DNA of 64,000 nucleotides from a virus (Duplodnaviria > Caudoviricetes), in the IMG/VR virus record IMGVR_UViG_3300017912_004409, positions 10,719 to 74,718 of that record. The stretch is one strand, 5' to 3'. Shown piece by piece: positions 44,826-54,175 of the stretch. The position numbers and the translations under genes are program-made. The first letter of the stretch is position 1, and every line of letters starts with the position of its first letter. Below the pieces are notes generated by a model. That model did no database searches and had not been told where the DNA came from. It was given only the letters and a program-made list of their open reading frames with translations.

Positions 44826-45204
44826 GTGAATAGAATGCTTTACGCATTTTATAAGCAATTAATAATTCAATAATATTACATTCAATTTCTTTGCATGCCA
44901 TGGCTTGGTAAATTAAAAGCCATGCATTATTCCAACAGTCTTCTACATTAGAAGGCTGTTTTTCTTTTAAACTAAACAAGAAAACCCATTGAGGGTGCAT
45001 GGGCCGAACAGGTCTTTTTCTAGACGGTATATTAATTGTTCCGTCTTCATTCCACTTGAATTGTTTTAATTGGTCGGGCTTTACTCCAAAGGTTGCTAAC
45101 ATGCCGTAAAACCATGCTAGTTTATTATTTTTTTTGCTTTTACAAAGTTTAAAATAATCATCAACAATGCGTTGATCAACAGGCGGAGAAACGTGATGAG
45201 TCAT
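44764..45204 (-). CDS. truncated tyrosine-recombinase-like protein lacking catalytic residues
   Basis: WFYGMLATFGVKPDQL...R.VRPMHPQWV.LF.L resembles the cyanobacterial integrase W..GMLATYGLRPHE...PLHPEWV..F.L; Arg replaced by Lys; no HxxR or Tyr box seen. Confidence 0.5.
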   Translation of the reverse strand: MTHHVSPPVDQRIVDDYFKLCKSKKNNKLAWFYGMLATFGVKPDQLKQFKWNEDGTINIPSRKRPVRPMHPQWVFLFSLKEKQPSNVEDCWNNAWLLIYQAMACKEIECNIIELLIAYKMRKAFYSPKQKLNKKFVRTPELSPSHS

Positions 45205-45296
45205 AAAACCATAAAGCGAACTTCAGTTAGGCAAAGACTAGCAAAGCAAACACCGGTAACGCAGCCATATATTTGCTTATAAGTATATACTATACA

Positions 45297-46967
45297 TCAA
45301 GGTTTATATTCCTGATTGTTCTTATCAAACATTGTGAAATTTTCAATTTTAATATCATTCGTAGCAATATTAAATATTTTTTGCATCATTGGAAATAATA
45401 TAGGAGACTGACAATTATACGGAGGTACATCCATTTTTGATAAACCTCTTTCATTTAATAACATGTTATATGCGGACATTTCCTCTTTTTCGGTTTTTAA
45501 AACTAAGTTCTGTTCCCATTCAACCATGCCCATTACACCTACTGGAAAGTCAGAAGGCTCTGGCGGAAACAAGGAATCTTTAAATTTCAATGCATAAATA
45601 TGTTTGCAATAACGCATCTCATCTAGTAAAGGTGTCCAAACATCGGTTAATTCTATAAGTTCATCTTGAGCTACAGAACTAGAATCAGGTCTTGTTACTG
45701 ATGTTTTATAATCTTCAAATTTTGGATAACCTTCTGGTCTTGAACCAGCTATTGATATATCTGTTGTACTTCTCAAATAAGTAGAGCCAAATTCTACATA
45801 CACACCAGGATTATCTCTAGGTGTTAATCTATTCTCTTGAGTTAAATTTGTAACTTCATAATCAATATCAAATCCTTCTGGATATGTAATTTTTAAGCCT
45901 CTATTAACATCTGCTTTTGTCATTGCCCTATTATCTGTATTGCCATTGTTTTCAACAATATCAACACGACCGGGCTTAACACTTGCTATTTTATTTCTAG
46001 GGAATAATTTTTTATTACTCTGCTTAACAGTTGTTTCTAAAAATGCATAATCTCTTCTAGTAAAATCTTGACAAGTACAACTATATCTAGGTCCTGTTAT
46101 TAAAAATCTACCCGTTTCAAATGGTACAGGAGAAGGTGTTAAGAAAACAGCATCAGGAGTTACATATACTGAACCTGCTTTTTTAAAAGTTAAAATACCT
46201 GTTTCTTCTGCAATGTTAATAACAATAGCTTGCATATAGCCATATCTTTTTTGATTTGCTGGATTAATAGTATTTTTATCAATAATTTCTCCACCTTTTT
46301 CTACAATTCGATCTTCAAAAATTTCAGTATTGGCAGGTTTACTACCTGAGGGTTGACCCTCTACCTCAATAAAGAAAGGTGCCGGAAGTTTATTGTCTGG
46401 CCCCCAATTACCGGCCAGTTTTACATACCAATAATTTTGATCTTCAGTTACACTTTCAATGAATAAATTCTTTCCTGTATTCGGATCTGTGAATTGATCA
46501 CATCTAATAGATCCTGCATAACGCCATAATGCCCAATGTATTCCAAATTCTTTGTTTTTTGTTGGAAATCCAACAAAAGCTCCTGAGATAATTGGAACAG
46601 GATTTGTTACCGTGCCAGGGCCTACTGAATCTTCTAAAGCAAAAAATTCTAAATCTTCATACAATAAAACGTCATTATTATCTTCAAGCGCCATAAAAAT
46701 ACCACTAACTGGTATAGGCGACAATGGATCAGGAATTTGGTATCTAAACGGATATGTAATATCGTAATTATAAGCTTCTGCTGTAGCAATCTCATAGCCT
46801 CTGCGCCAACGCGCCCAGGCAGATTCTCTATTGGCAGTTGCAATAGAGTTTGGAACCGAGCCTTTAGAAAACTCAGTGGTTATAGCATTTACTTCTTGTG
46901 GTTTAAATTTTTCGGCTTTTGAAAAAGAGTCAAAAGAACCAAAAGAACTTCCACTCTTTTTAGGCAT
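45297..46967 (-). CDS. hypothetical late protein with split SWIM-like Zn motif
   Basis: YSCTCQDF ... RYCKHIYAL with a long insertion; ALED repeats near the N-terminus. Confidence 0.75.
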   Translation of the reverse strand: MPKKSGSSFGSFDSFSKAEKFKPQEVNAITTEFSKGSVPNSIATANRESAWARWRRGYEIATAEAYNYDITYPFRYQIPDPLSPIPVSGIFMALEDNNDVLLYEDLEFFALEDSVGPGTVTNPVPIISGAFVGFPTKNKEFGIHWALWRYAGSIRCDQFTDPNTGKNLFIESVTEDQNYWYVKLAGNWGPDNKLPAPFFIEVEGQPSGSKPANTEIFEDRIVEKGGEIIDKNTINPANQKRYGYMQAIVINIAEETGILTFKKAGSVYVTPDAVFLTPSPVPFETGRFLITGPRYSCTCQDFTRRDYAFLETTVKQSNKKLFPRNKIASVKPGRVDIVENNGNTDNRAMTKADVNRGLKITYPEGFDIDYEVTNLTQENRLTPRDNPGVYVEFGSTYLRSTTDISIAGSRPEGYPKFEDYKTSVTRPDSSSVAQDELIELTDVWTPLLDEMRYCKHIYALKFKDSLFPPEPSDFPVGVMGMVEWEQNLVLKTEKEEMSAYNMLLNERGLSKMDVPPYNCQSPILFPMMQKIFNIATNDIKIENFTMFDKNNQEYKP

Positions 46968-46969
46968 TT

Positions 46970-47752
46970 TTAGAATAGGCCACCCTGGGCGTAAACGTGC
47001 GCTCCTTGTGTATAACCTGAAATATTTACAGTATCTGCAAATACTCCTACATACAGACGATCTCCTCTTTCCAAGTAAATGCCTTTATTTCTCATTGGAG
47101 CAGTTTCACCTAGTCCTGTAGTGTTTCCTGCAGTGGGAATTGGTGCAGCCAATGGGGGCATAATATCTGAACAATCAACTTTATCTGTATTTGCTGGAAC
47201 AGTTTTTGCAAATAAAACTTTGTAATCACCACTTGCAGGAATTGGTGTTGTGGTTCCTCGCGTTTGATAAAACACAAATGTAACAGCAGGCATATAGCCA
47301 TGAGCTACACCGCTATAAGCAAAGCCATCAGCTGTACCACCTGTATAGTGAATTGCTGTATTAACACCAGTCAAAGCTGATGCACCTGTATAAAAATAAT
47401 AACCATAACCACTGGCTGCAGCGGTGCCTGTAATAACAGTTGCGTCTTCAACAAATACGCTTTGTCCACTAGTTAAATACAATACATCTCCTGATGTACT
47501 TGCATTTACAGTGTAATCAGGCGCACTATAAAATTGATTTCTAACAATTGAAATAGAATCTATAACACCGCCGTTGTTATTGTCATCTTCTAAGTTGGCG
47601 TCCATATCAACTAAGACAGATGGAGCTTGTCCACCTTGGACAAAAAGAGTTGCGCCGTCTCTAGATCCTACTGTCTGAGTTGTGACTCTTACAGCGTCAA
47701 ATAATGGACGATCTACAAATACTGGCTGTTTGTTTGAAGATGTAGAAGACAC
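46970..47752 (-). CDS. putative virion structural protein
   Basis: Beta-rich T/G/S/A composition, located in the late arm. Confidence 0.7.
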   Translation of the reverse strand: MSSTSSNKQPVFVDRPLFDAVRVTTQTVGSRDGATLFVQGGQAPSVLVDMDANLEDDNNNGGVIDSISIVRNQFYSAPDYTVNASTSGDVLYLTSGQSVFVEDATVITGTAAASGYGYYFYTGASALTGVNTAIHYTGGTADGFAYSGVAHGYMPAVTFVFYQTRGTTTPIPASGDYKVLFAKTVPANTDKVDCSDIMPPLAAPIPTAGNTTGLGETAPMRNKGIYLERGDRLYVGVFADTVNISGYTQGAHVYAQGGLF

Positions 47753-47787
47753 TTTTGATTTCTCTTAGTAAAACAATTTTAACTTAT

Positions 47788-48474
47788 TTATCTTGATAAA
47801 AACCTTAATGGATCAAACCCTTGTAAAAAATTTGGAACCATTGGTGTTATAGGAACACCAGGGATTATTGAACTATTTTTCTTTATTGCATCCATCAAAA
47901 AATTACTCAAAAATTTGCCAGTTGATCTATTGCTAGTAGAAACAGGCTTTGTTTTAATTGTGGGTTTTGGTTGATTATCACTTAAAGAAACAATTGTTTT
48001 AGGATTTCCTAATTCCATTTCATATCTTTTTTGTAAATCTTTTAAAGATTTAACAGGTTGATCATAAAAACTTTTACCTTCTTCTGTTGGCAAAGAAGCC
48101 CATTCAGGCGCAAGAGCAGGAAGAACCTCTTGTAAAGATGCTCCTTCCATTATTTTGCTAATAGGATATCTTTTATCAATTAAATAACTTGCTGCAAGAT
48201 CTTGATTTGTTGGACCAAAATCACTTAAATTTAATGCTTTTTGTGCCATGCCCCATGTATTAGGCATGAATTGATATGCTCCTGCAGCGGCACTAGCATA
48301 ACCACCTGAACGATTTACAACATCTGGATGTTTACTAAAGTCATCAAAATAGTCATATCCAAATATTGTTTTATAGCCTTTATCACCTGTTGTTCCTTCT
48401 GCGTAACGAATTGTATTCAAGAGGGCTCTTCCTCTTGGTGATTGAACAAAACTAATGTATTTATCTTGGTTCAT
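47788..48474 (-). CDS. lambda-type lysozyme / GH104 muramidase
   Basis: RALLNTI.YAEGT...Y.TIFG...F.DFS.HP...SAAAGAYQFMP.TW...DF.P.NQD...LAPEWASLP. Confidence 0.9.
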   Translation of the reverse strand: MNQDKYISFVQSPRGRALLNTIRYAEGTTGDKGYKTIFGYDYFDDFSKHPDVVNRSGGYASAAAGAYQFMPNTWGMAQKALNLSDFGPTNQDLAASYLIDKRYPISKIMEGASLQEVLPALAPEWASLPTEEGKSFYDQPVKSLKDLQKRYEMELGNPKTIVSLSDNQPKPTIKTKPVSTSNRSTGKFLSNFLMDAIKKNSSIIPGVPITPMVPNFLQGFDPLRFLSR

Positions 48475-49553
48475 TCTTTATTTGCCTCCATGAGTTTTTT
48501 ATATTTTTGCATAAAATCTTGAGCTTCGATTGCTAATTCTTCTTGTTGAGCATCTCTTTGTAATGCTTCTGGAGACAATGGAGAACCTGCAAGCCCAGGG
48601 AAATTAGCTCTCCATTGTGCTAAACCTAAATCAGTTACTCTATTTAGATCTTGTTGTGTTCCTTGTTGTATAGCTGCTTGTCTTGCTTGATCATATAAAT
48701 TATTACCCGCAATATTGCCCATTTCCTGTCCGGGGACTGAAGGAGCTGTGACAATTACTGGCGCGTTATTTTGTAAAATGAAACTGTCACTAAGTTGTGA
48801 AAGTGAAGAAGTATCTACTGCAGGAGGAACAGGATCTAATACAGGAGGAACAGGATCTACTGCATCTTGTAATTGTTGGCCAAATACAGTATTAGCTGCT
48901 TGTTCAAGTGTTATACCTTGGGGCATAGTTGGTTGAACTTGTTCTAAACGAACAGGAGGACTAACCATGTTTTGATATTGTCGTTGTAAAAATCCAATTG
49001 GATTTGCAAAGTTTTCTTTAATTTGTTCGCCTTGAGGTGTACGAAGATATTTTCCTAAAGCAACTGCACGTTCCCCTATAATTGGTCCAAGTGTAAGTCC
49101 TGTCCCTACAGCTCCGCCCATTAAAGCCATAGGTCCACGTAGAAGACCTCCGAAATTTCTTACAGGTACATTTCTTGGTAGACCACCTTTCATGAATTGC
49201 CTTGTTAAGGCAGGATCTCCAACATAAGGACCTGATGTTGGAGCCGGACCTGTAATAGTTGGTGGAATAATATTACGAGATGTAGGATTTCCGATGGTTG
49301 GTGCCGTGACACCACTACCTAAACGATTGATAGGATTTGCTGGTCCAACTCCTCTTTGTCTTGCTGCATCGATATTGAGAACCCCTTGTGCTCTTGCACG
49401 ATCTAATGATGCTCTTCCACTTGGATCACTAACGATATCGCTAAGAGCACCAGTGGCACTGGTTGACATCTGACCAGGATTAAACCCTGCAGGAGGTTTA
49501 ATTCCTAATCTTGCAAAAGCATCTGTAAGAAATCGATAATCTTGATAAGGCAT
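48471..49553 (-). CDS. Pro/Gln/Gly-rich hypothetical virion protein
   Basis: Track ORF, coupled to the lysozyme start. Confidence 0.7.
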   Translation of the reverse strand: MPYQDYRFLTDAFARLGIKPPAGFNPGQMSTSATGALSDIVSDPSGRASLDRARAQGVLNIDAARQRGVGPANPINRLGSGVTAPTIGNPTSRNIIPPTITGPAPTSGPYVGDPALTRQFMKGGLPRNVPVRNFGGLLRGPMALMGGAVGTGLTLGPIIGERAVALGKYLRTPQGEQIKENFANPIGFLQRQYQNMVSPPVRLEQVQPTMPQGITLEQAANTVFGQQLQDAVDPVPPVLDPVPPAVDTSSLSQLSDSFILQNNAPVIVTAPSVPGQEMGNIAGNNLYDQARQAAIQQGTQQDLNRVTDLGLAQWRANFPGLAGSPLSPEALQRDAQQEELAIEAQDFMQKYKKLMEANKE

Positions 49554-49565
49554 TGGTGGGCAACC

Positions 49566-50027
49566 TCAACGTAAATTGTCTCTTAAGTACAGGCGAGAAC
49601 CAACAGCAGTGTCAGCTGGTCCGGGTAATGCCTGAATAAATTCAGCACCAGATCGATCAAACCGATAACGCGCCTGGAATGGATCCTTGTAGTTTGGAAC
49701 GTACAGGATGCCAGCAAGACGATTGGTTTCGTATAAATAGATTTCATCCCAAACCTTTAAGGCTTCCTTGGCATTACTAGATCTGATCGTTCTATCAACG
49801 TCACCTAGAATACTTTCGATTCTTGTTGATGGTGAAGTTGCAACTTCTGTCTTTTTCTCTGCCGTATCACAACGACTAATTTGTATTGTAATTTTATCGT
49901 AAAAGAATGAATCAGGAATAGTGTTCATCGCTTCTTCCAAGCGGGCATAATCACCGGCTGGAACAGAAACAGTAAAATATCCTAAGTGATATCTTACTCT
50001 GCTTTTATCAAAATCTGATAACTCCAC
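49566..50027 (-). CDS. putative head completion / adaptor protein
   Basis: Helical 153-aa ORF downstream of the capsid genes; function inferred from position only. Confidence 0.45.
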   Translation of the reverse strand: MELSDFDKSRVRYHLGYFTVSVPAGDYARLEEAMNTIPDSFFYDKITIQISRCDTAEKKTEVATSPSTRIESILGDVDRTIRSSNAKEALKVWDEIYLYETNRLAGILYVPNYKDPFQARYRFDRSGAEFIQALPGPADTAVGSRLYLRDNLR

Positions 50028-50051
50028 TAGTTCTTGACATCCGTTTTATTA

Positions 50052-50462
50052 TTATACTCTCACTAAATCAGCAGCAAAAACCGCTCCCCAATCTACGCGT
50101 TTTATTTGCTTCAATTGTTCAAGATTTGTGAATCTTTCTCCTTGTAAACTCATTTGTAAATCTTTAATTTCTTTTGCTGTTTTAATGCCAATCCCTTTAA
50201 TATGATCTGCAATCATTTGAGGAGTTGCACCGTTAATATTTAAACGCATATCAGGGGGAAAATTTCTTGGCTCTTCTTTTGAAGCCTTATCTTTTACTTG
50301 CAATGTTTTGACTTTTTTTGTTGCAGGTTCATCTGCTTTTAATTCTGTTTTATAAACGTGAGAAAGGCGACCGTCCTGGTCTTCGACCAGGAACCAATCG
50401 CCTTCATCTAACTCACTAATAATTCTAACCCGAGCGCCTGTTTTAATATGTTGATAGAGCAT
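50052..50462 (-). CDS. helix-hairpin-helix (ComEA-like) DNA-binding protein
   Basis: RLNINGAT...IKGIGIKTAKEI...RFTNLEQL. Confidence 0.75.
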   Translation of the reverse strand: MLYQHIKTGARVRIISELDEGDWFLVEDQDGRLSHVYKTELKADEPATKKVKTLQVKDKASKEEPRNFPPDMRLNINGATPQMIADHIKGIGIKTAKEIKDLQMSLQGERFTNLEQLKQIKRVDWGAVFAADLVRV

Positions 50463-50512
50463 GAACCCAGAATGATTTGTTCTGGTCCATATTCTAGCCT
50501 AACAAATTAACT

Positions 50513-51310
50513 TCAGGAAACAGTTCGGTTGGCTAAATATTCTTCAAGATCAGAGTAATCCGGTGCATTGTCAGGAACAATGTAGCAGATTTCTACAAGC
50601 AGATAACCTTTTAAACCTGCGTTGTAATCAGCATCAGAGATGTAGAAACCACCGGAGGTACTAGTTCCATTGGCTGTGCCTTTTGCAAACACTTTCATGG
50701 TGGTTGCATCAGTTGCTTCGTAATGAACCTTGCCGGGGGCCACACCAGTTGCGCCGGTTGCAGTCAGGAAAGGATGAGTACCGAAAGCTTGGGAAGTGCC
50801 GGAGAAGAAAATCTTCGTAGCAGCATCGCCAGAAACAGTAGAAGTCAGGTTAGCCTGAATAACACCCTCGCCAACCCCAGAGGCAGCAGTAGGACCACTG
50901 GAATCACGGCCGAAAGAAATGACGTTACCAGTAGCTGCATACACACCTGAAGAAACACGGCCATCGTTCCAGCCTTGGGCTACGGAGATTGCGGTGCGGT
51001 AAACGTAAGCAGGTTGAGTGCTGCTGCCAGAGATCACCATACCGGTGATATCAGGACGGGTATCGTCGTTTCTATAGGGAGAAGGAACGATCACATTGCC
51101 AGTTGCAATAGCGTCGCCTGAAGCAACAGCCACTTCAACATAGCCTCTTTGTTGATAGTAACGATAACCAGGGGTGGCTAAAACAGAAGTAGGACCGCCC
51201 TTGGAAGCGTTGTTGGTGCCATCATCGTTGGTATCAATGTTTTTATACCAACCGTTGAGTGCTTCTACCCAGTTACCAGGGTAAATTCTTTTGGTGGACA
51301 GGTAGCTCAT
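50513..51310 (-). CDS. putative minor capsid / decoration protein
   Basis: Directly downstream of the major capsid gene; GGAG RBS; same C-ending high-expression codon bias. Confidence 0.55.
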   Translation of the reverse strand: MSYLSTKRIYPGNWVEALNGWYKNIDTNDDGTNNASKGGPTSVLATPGYRYYQQRGYVEVAVASGDAIATGNVIVPSPYRNDDTRPDITGMVISGSSTQPAYVYRTAISVAQGWNDGRVSSGVYAATGNVISFGRDSSGPTAASGVGEGVIQANLTSTVSGDAATKIFFSGTSQAFGTHPFLTATGATGVAPGKVHYEATDATTMKVFAKGTANGTSTSGGFYISDADYNAGLKGYLLVEICYIVPDNAPDYSDLEEYLANRTVS

Positions 51311-51341
51311 TTATGGTCTCCTATATAAGGTTTACTAAAAA

Positions 51342-52508
51342 TCAAAGTATACCGTCATCAGCCACAAAGCTGAAGCCAGTGGTAACGAAATCCTTATTCA
51401 GAATTTCAAAACCAGCATAAAGCTGCCAAATCAGGATGATGAAGCGGCTGAAGTCATCGTTATTGTTGATGAGAACCTGAGCATTAGGGCCGCCAACGCC
51501 AACGCCAACCGATTGAGGACCGAAGAAGAAACCTTGAGCAACTTCTTGGGAAGAAAATGCACCGCCATCATCGAAAGAAGCAGTGATGTTCTTGGTCGGG
51601 AAGTTGGTAGACTCGAAGAACTTAACACCTTCAAACTGGACACCAGTAGGCATCACAGGCTCGCCAGCAAGGAAGTAACCTTGACCAGCCTGGGGACCCA
51701 TGTAGAAGCTGGAGTTGTTAGGCATCATGGGGTTGCCGCCCATGTACATGCCCTGCCCGGGATTGCCTGCATAACGAGCAATCTCGCGGAAGTCGGGATC
51801 ACGACGCAGGTGCAGCATAAACACGGGATCGCAGATGCAACGATACATACCATCAGAGAAGGTAGGAACGTTACGCTTACGCAGATCCTTAACAACATTC
51901 AGCAGGTCAGTACGCACAGAGAACTGCTGAGTTTGAGCGGCATATTCAATAGCAGTGTAGGAAACACGACCGCTAGAATCCTTGACTTTGCCGCCAGCAA
52001 AATAGTAACCGCCTTGGCTGGTTGAAGCAGCGCCATTAGCTTCGGCTTTGGCCAGTTCGTCGATGAAGACGCGATCACGCCAACGACGATAGTCGTCCAG
52101 GAGCGTCAGAGAACCGATTGACTGGTGGAACATATTCAGATTACCGGTGTCCAGCAGCAAGCGCTGAGCGGTAATCAGGGTTTCACGAGCAATCTTAAAG
52201 GTGGAAGGTTGGGTGGGATCACCCGGATCTGCGGGACCGGTGTATTCCTTCAGCACAACAAGCACCTTCTCTTTGGTGATGTTACGGCTGTTGGCGGTAC
52301 CGATGGTCTGGTCAGCAATACGCTCGCGGCTGTCCTTCGTGCCGGGGGCACCCCAGAACTTGTAGCGATCTAATTGAACAGTTTGACCAGGTTGGCGTGA
52401 GAAGTCGTGAACCACAACCGGCTCAACGGCCATTTCACAGATATAAGCCGGGTGGGGACGATAAAGTTCCGCACCTAGAATCTTTGGGAAATCGTTATCA
52501 ATGAACAC
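51342..52508 (-). CDS. major capsid protein
   Basis: 388 aa; GGAGG RBS 10 nt upstream; strongest codon bias; DF...PGQTVQL...WG...; position after portal/scaffold; N4-gp56-like by recollection. Confidence 0.8.
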   Translation of the reverse strand: MFIDNDFPKILGAELYRPHPAYICEMAVEPVVVHDFSRQPGQTVQLDRYKFWGAPGTKDSRERIADQTIGTANSRNITKEKVLVVLKEYTGPADPGDPTQPSTFKIARETLITAQRLLLDTGNLNMFHQSIGSLTLLDDYRRWRDRVFIDELAKAEANGAASTSQGGYYFAGGKVKDSSGRVSYTAIEYAAQTQQFSVRTDLLNVVKDLRKRNVPTFSDGMYRCICDPVFMLHLRRDPDFREIARYAGNPGQGMYMGGNPMMPNNSSFYMGPQAGQGYFLAGEPVMPTGVQFEGVKFFESTNFPTKNITASFDDGGAFSSQEVAQGFFFGPQSVGVGVGGPNAQVLINNNDDFSRFIILIWQLYAGFEILNKDFVTTGFSFVADDGIL

Positions 52509-52602
52509 TTTAGTTTATCCTCCAGTGTCTCAGTGTGTGTAATTGATCAAAAGATTAAGACCGTTGTGTCTATATCTATTGAAATTTTACCAGGCGTTAA
52601 TT

Positions 52603-53157
52603 TTAGTAATAGCCTAGCGTTGTTTGGGCAGCTCTTGCCCCCCTGGTGTTACTTGAGCCGTAGTTTTCAGGATCAATAGATTGTTGGAATCCAGGTACAC
52701 CTAAAGAACCTGGAATAGCACCTGCAGCAACACCTCCTAAACCAGCAACAAGTGCTGATGCTGGAACTGCCATACCTGCTATGCCTTTGCCGACTGCTCT
52801 GTCACTTAAGTTCATTTGAGCAATTCGATCAGCAACATTAGTTGCTTGGTTAGCCAGTTGTCTGCCAGCTGTTGCTCTGATGCCTTTTTCTCTATTTGCT
52901 GGTAAATTTCCAACCATATCTTCAAGTCTTATTCCGCCTTGAAGAATTCTTTCAGTTGCATCTTTTTGTGCATTTCGTATGGCAGGGGCATATTTACCAG
53001 CAAGTTCTCTAGCTCCAAGTAAACCAGCTGCACCGCCTAATGTTCCAGCTACGCCTGCTAAAAATGCGGAGCCAGGATCTTCGCCTTGCATTAAGGCGTA
53101 GCCTCCTGTACCTATGCCTGCAACAGCTGGAATACCATATTTAAGTAGGCCGCGCAT
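52603..53157 (-). CDS. Gly/Ala-rich hypothetical protein with hydrophobic segments
   Basis: Track ORF between scaffold and capsid genes. Confidence 0.65.
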   Translation of the reverse strand: MRGLLKYGIPAVAGIGTGGYALMQGEDPGSAFLAGVAGTLGGAAGLLGARELAGKYAPAIRNAQKDATERILQGGIRLEDMVGNLPANREKGIRATAGRQLANQATNVADRIAQMNLSDRAVGKGIAGMAVPASALVAGLGGVAAGAIPGSLGVPGFQQSIDPENYGSSNTRGARAAQTTLGYY

Positions 53158-53161
53158 AACC

Positions 53162-54175
53162 TCACTCCATTACAAACAATTTGTTAGCAACAGTATTGGG
53201 CTGAGCTTGATTAAGGATCCTCCAGGCTTGCTGAGGATCTCTATTCATTTGTTCACTAAAAGTATTCCAGAAATTCTGGGGTTGTTGAGGAGCAGTTTGT
53301 GCAGCTGCGGGGGGAGCAGGGAACTGCGCCGTTGCACCAGGATTTACAGGAGCTGTCTGATAACCAGGTGTTTCTAATTCACCTTCGTTTTCGTAGACAG
53401 GGCAAGGACCTTCAGGGCCAAAGAATTTTAAAGTGTAATCGCTGAGAGTATCAGGATTGGTTAAAATCTCGTTGTAAGCAAGATTTTCACTGTGCTCGTT
53501 AACGGCAAACTGAGCATACCGATTTAAAAGCATGCTTTTTGCATTGCTTTCAAAGTGCTCGTTAACACCAAACGCAGCCCAGTTAGTTAGTACCTCCTTT
53601 GCCTTTTGCCCCCATGCCAGGGCGCTGTCTACTATTCCTTCCAGCTGGAGGGCGTACTGGTTTAGTACCGCTGGGGCCTCTACCCCGTACGCTTCTACCA
53701 CCTGGCGGCTTTCTGGGCTCAGATTCAGCGAGTCCGCGACCTGCGCCAAGTGCTCCGGCGAGGAGGTTTGGGAATAGCTGGGCGAGAATGTCGGGTTGGC
53801 TTGCGAGGTCTGCGTCGCCCAACTCGGCGTACCTGGGTTGCTGACTCCGTAATTGGCTGGACTGTACGTTGCCGGCGCTGAGGGTGCTCCCTGGAACGGG
53901 GATTGGACTGGACTGCTCAGGAGCCCCACCACCCTGTTGAACGCCGATTCCCAGGGGTTGTTGCTCCCCGGTTGGGATTGGGGGGCGTACTGAGTAGGGC
54001 TGGATTGGTAGCTGGTAGCCGCCTGAGCTGGGGCGGGCACTGCCTGCGGATATTGCGTTCCGACTTGATAATTGATCGGTCCCTGAGGAGCCTGCTGCGG
54101 GGCGGGTGCGGCGTATTGGCTGGGGGCCACGCTCGGGCTCGTCTGTGGGATCGATTGGACGGTAGCGTCCTGCAT
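53162..54175 (-). CDS. putative capsid scaffold protein
   Basis: AAGGAG RBS at 54183..54188, 7 nt upstream of ATG; P/Q/A-rich; lies between portal and capsid genes. Confidence 0.65.
   Translation of the reverse strand: MQDATVQSIPQTSPSVAPSQYAAPAPQQAPQGPINYQVGTQYPQAVPAPAQAATSYQSSPTQYAPQSQPGSNNPWESAFNRVVGLLSSPVQSPFQGAPSAPATYSPANYGVSNPGTPSWATQTSQANPTFSPSYSQTSSPEHLAQVADSLNLSPESRQVVEAYGVEAPAVLNQYALQLEGIVDSALAWGQKAKEVLTNWAAFGVNEHFESNAKSMLLNRYAQFAVNEHSENLAYNEILTNPDTLSDYTLKFFGPEGPCPVYENEGELETPGYQTAPVNPGATAQFPAPPAAAQTAPQQPQNFWNTFSEQMNRDPQQAWRILNQAQPNTVANKLFVME

Noticed and set aside
50052-50462. PsbU-like photosynthesis gene
   Set aside because: The GIG hairpin and LNIN.A pattern fit generic ComEA-type HhH; no transit or lumenal signal
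51431-52373. Alternative-frame and antisense ORFs over the capsid gene
   Set aside because: Expected by-product of strong codon bias; no RBS or recognisable protein pattern
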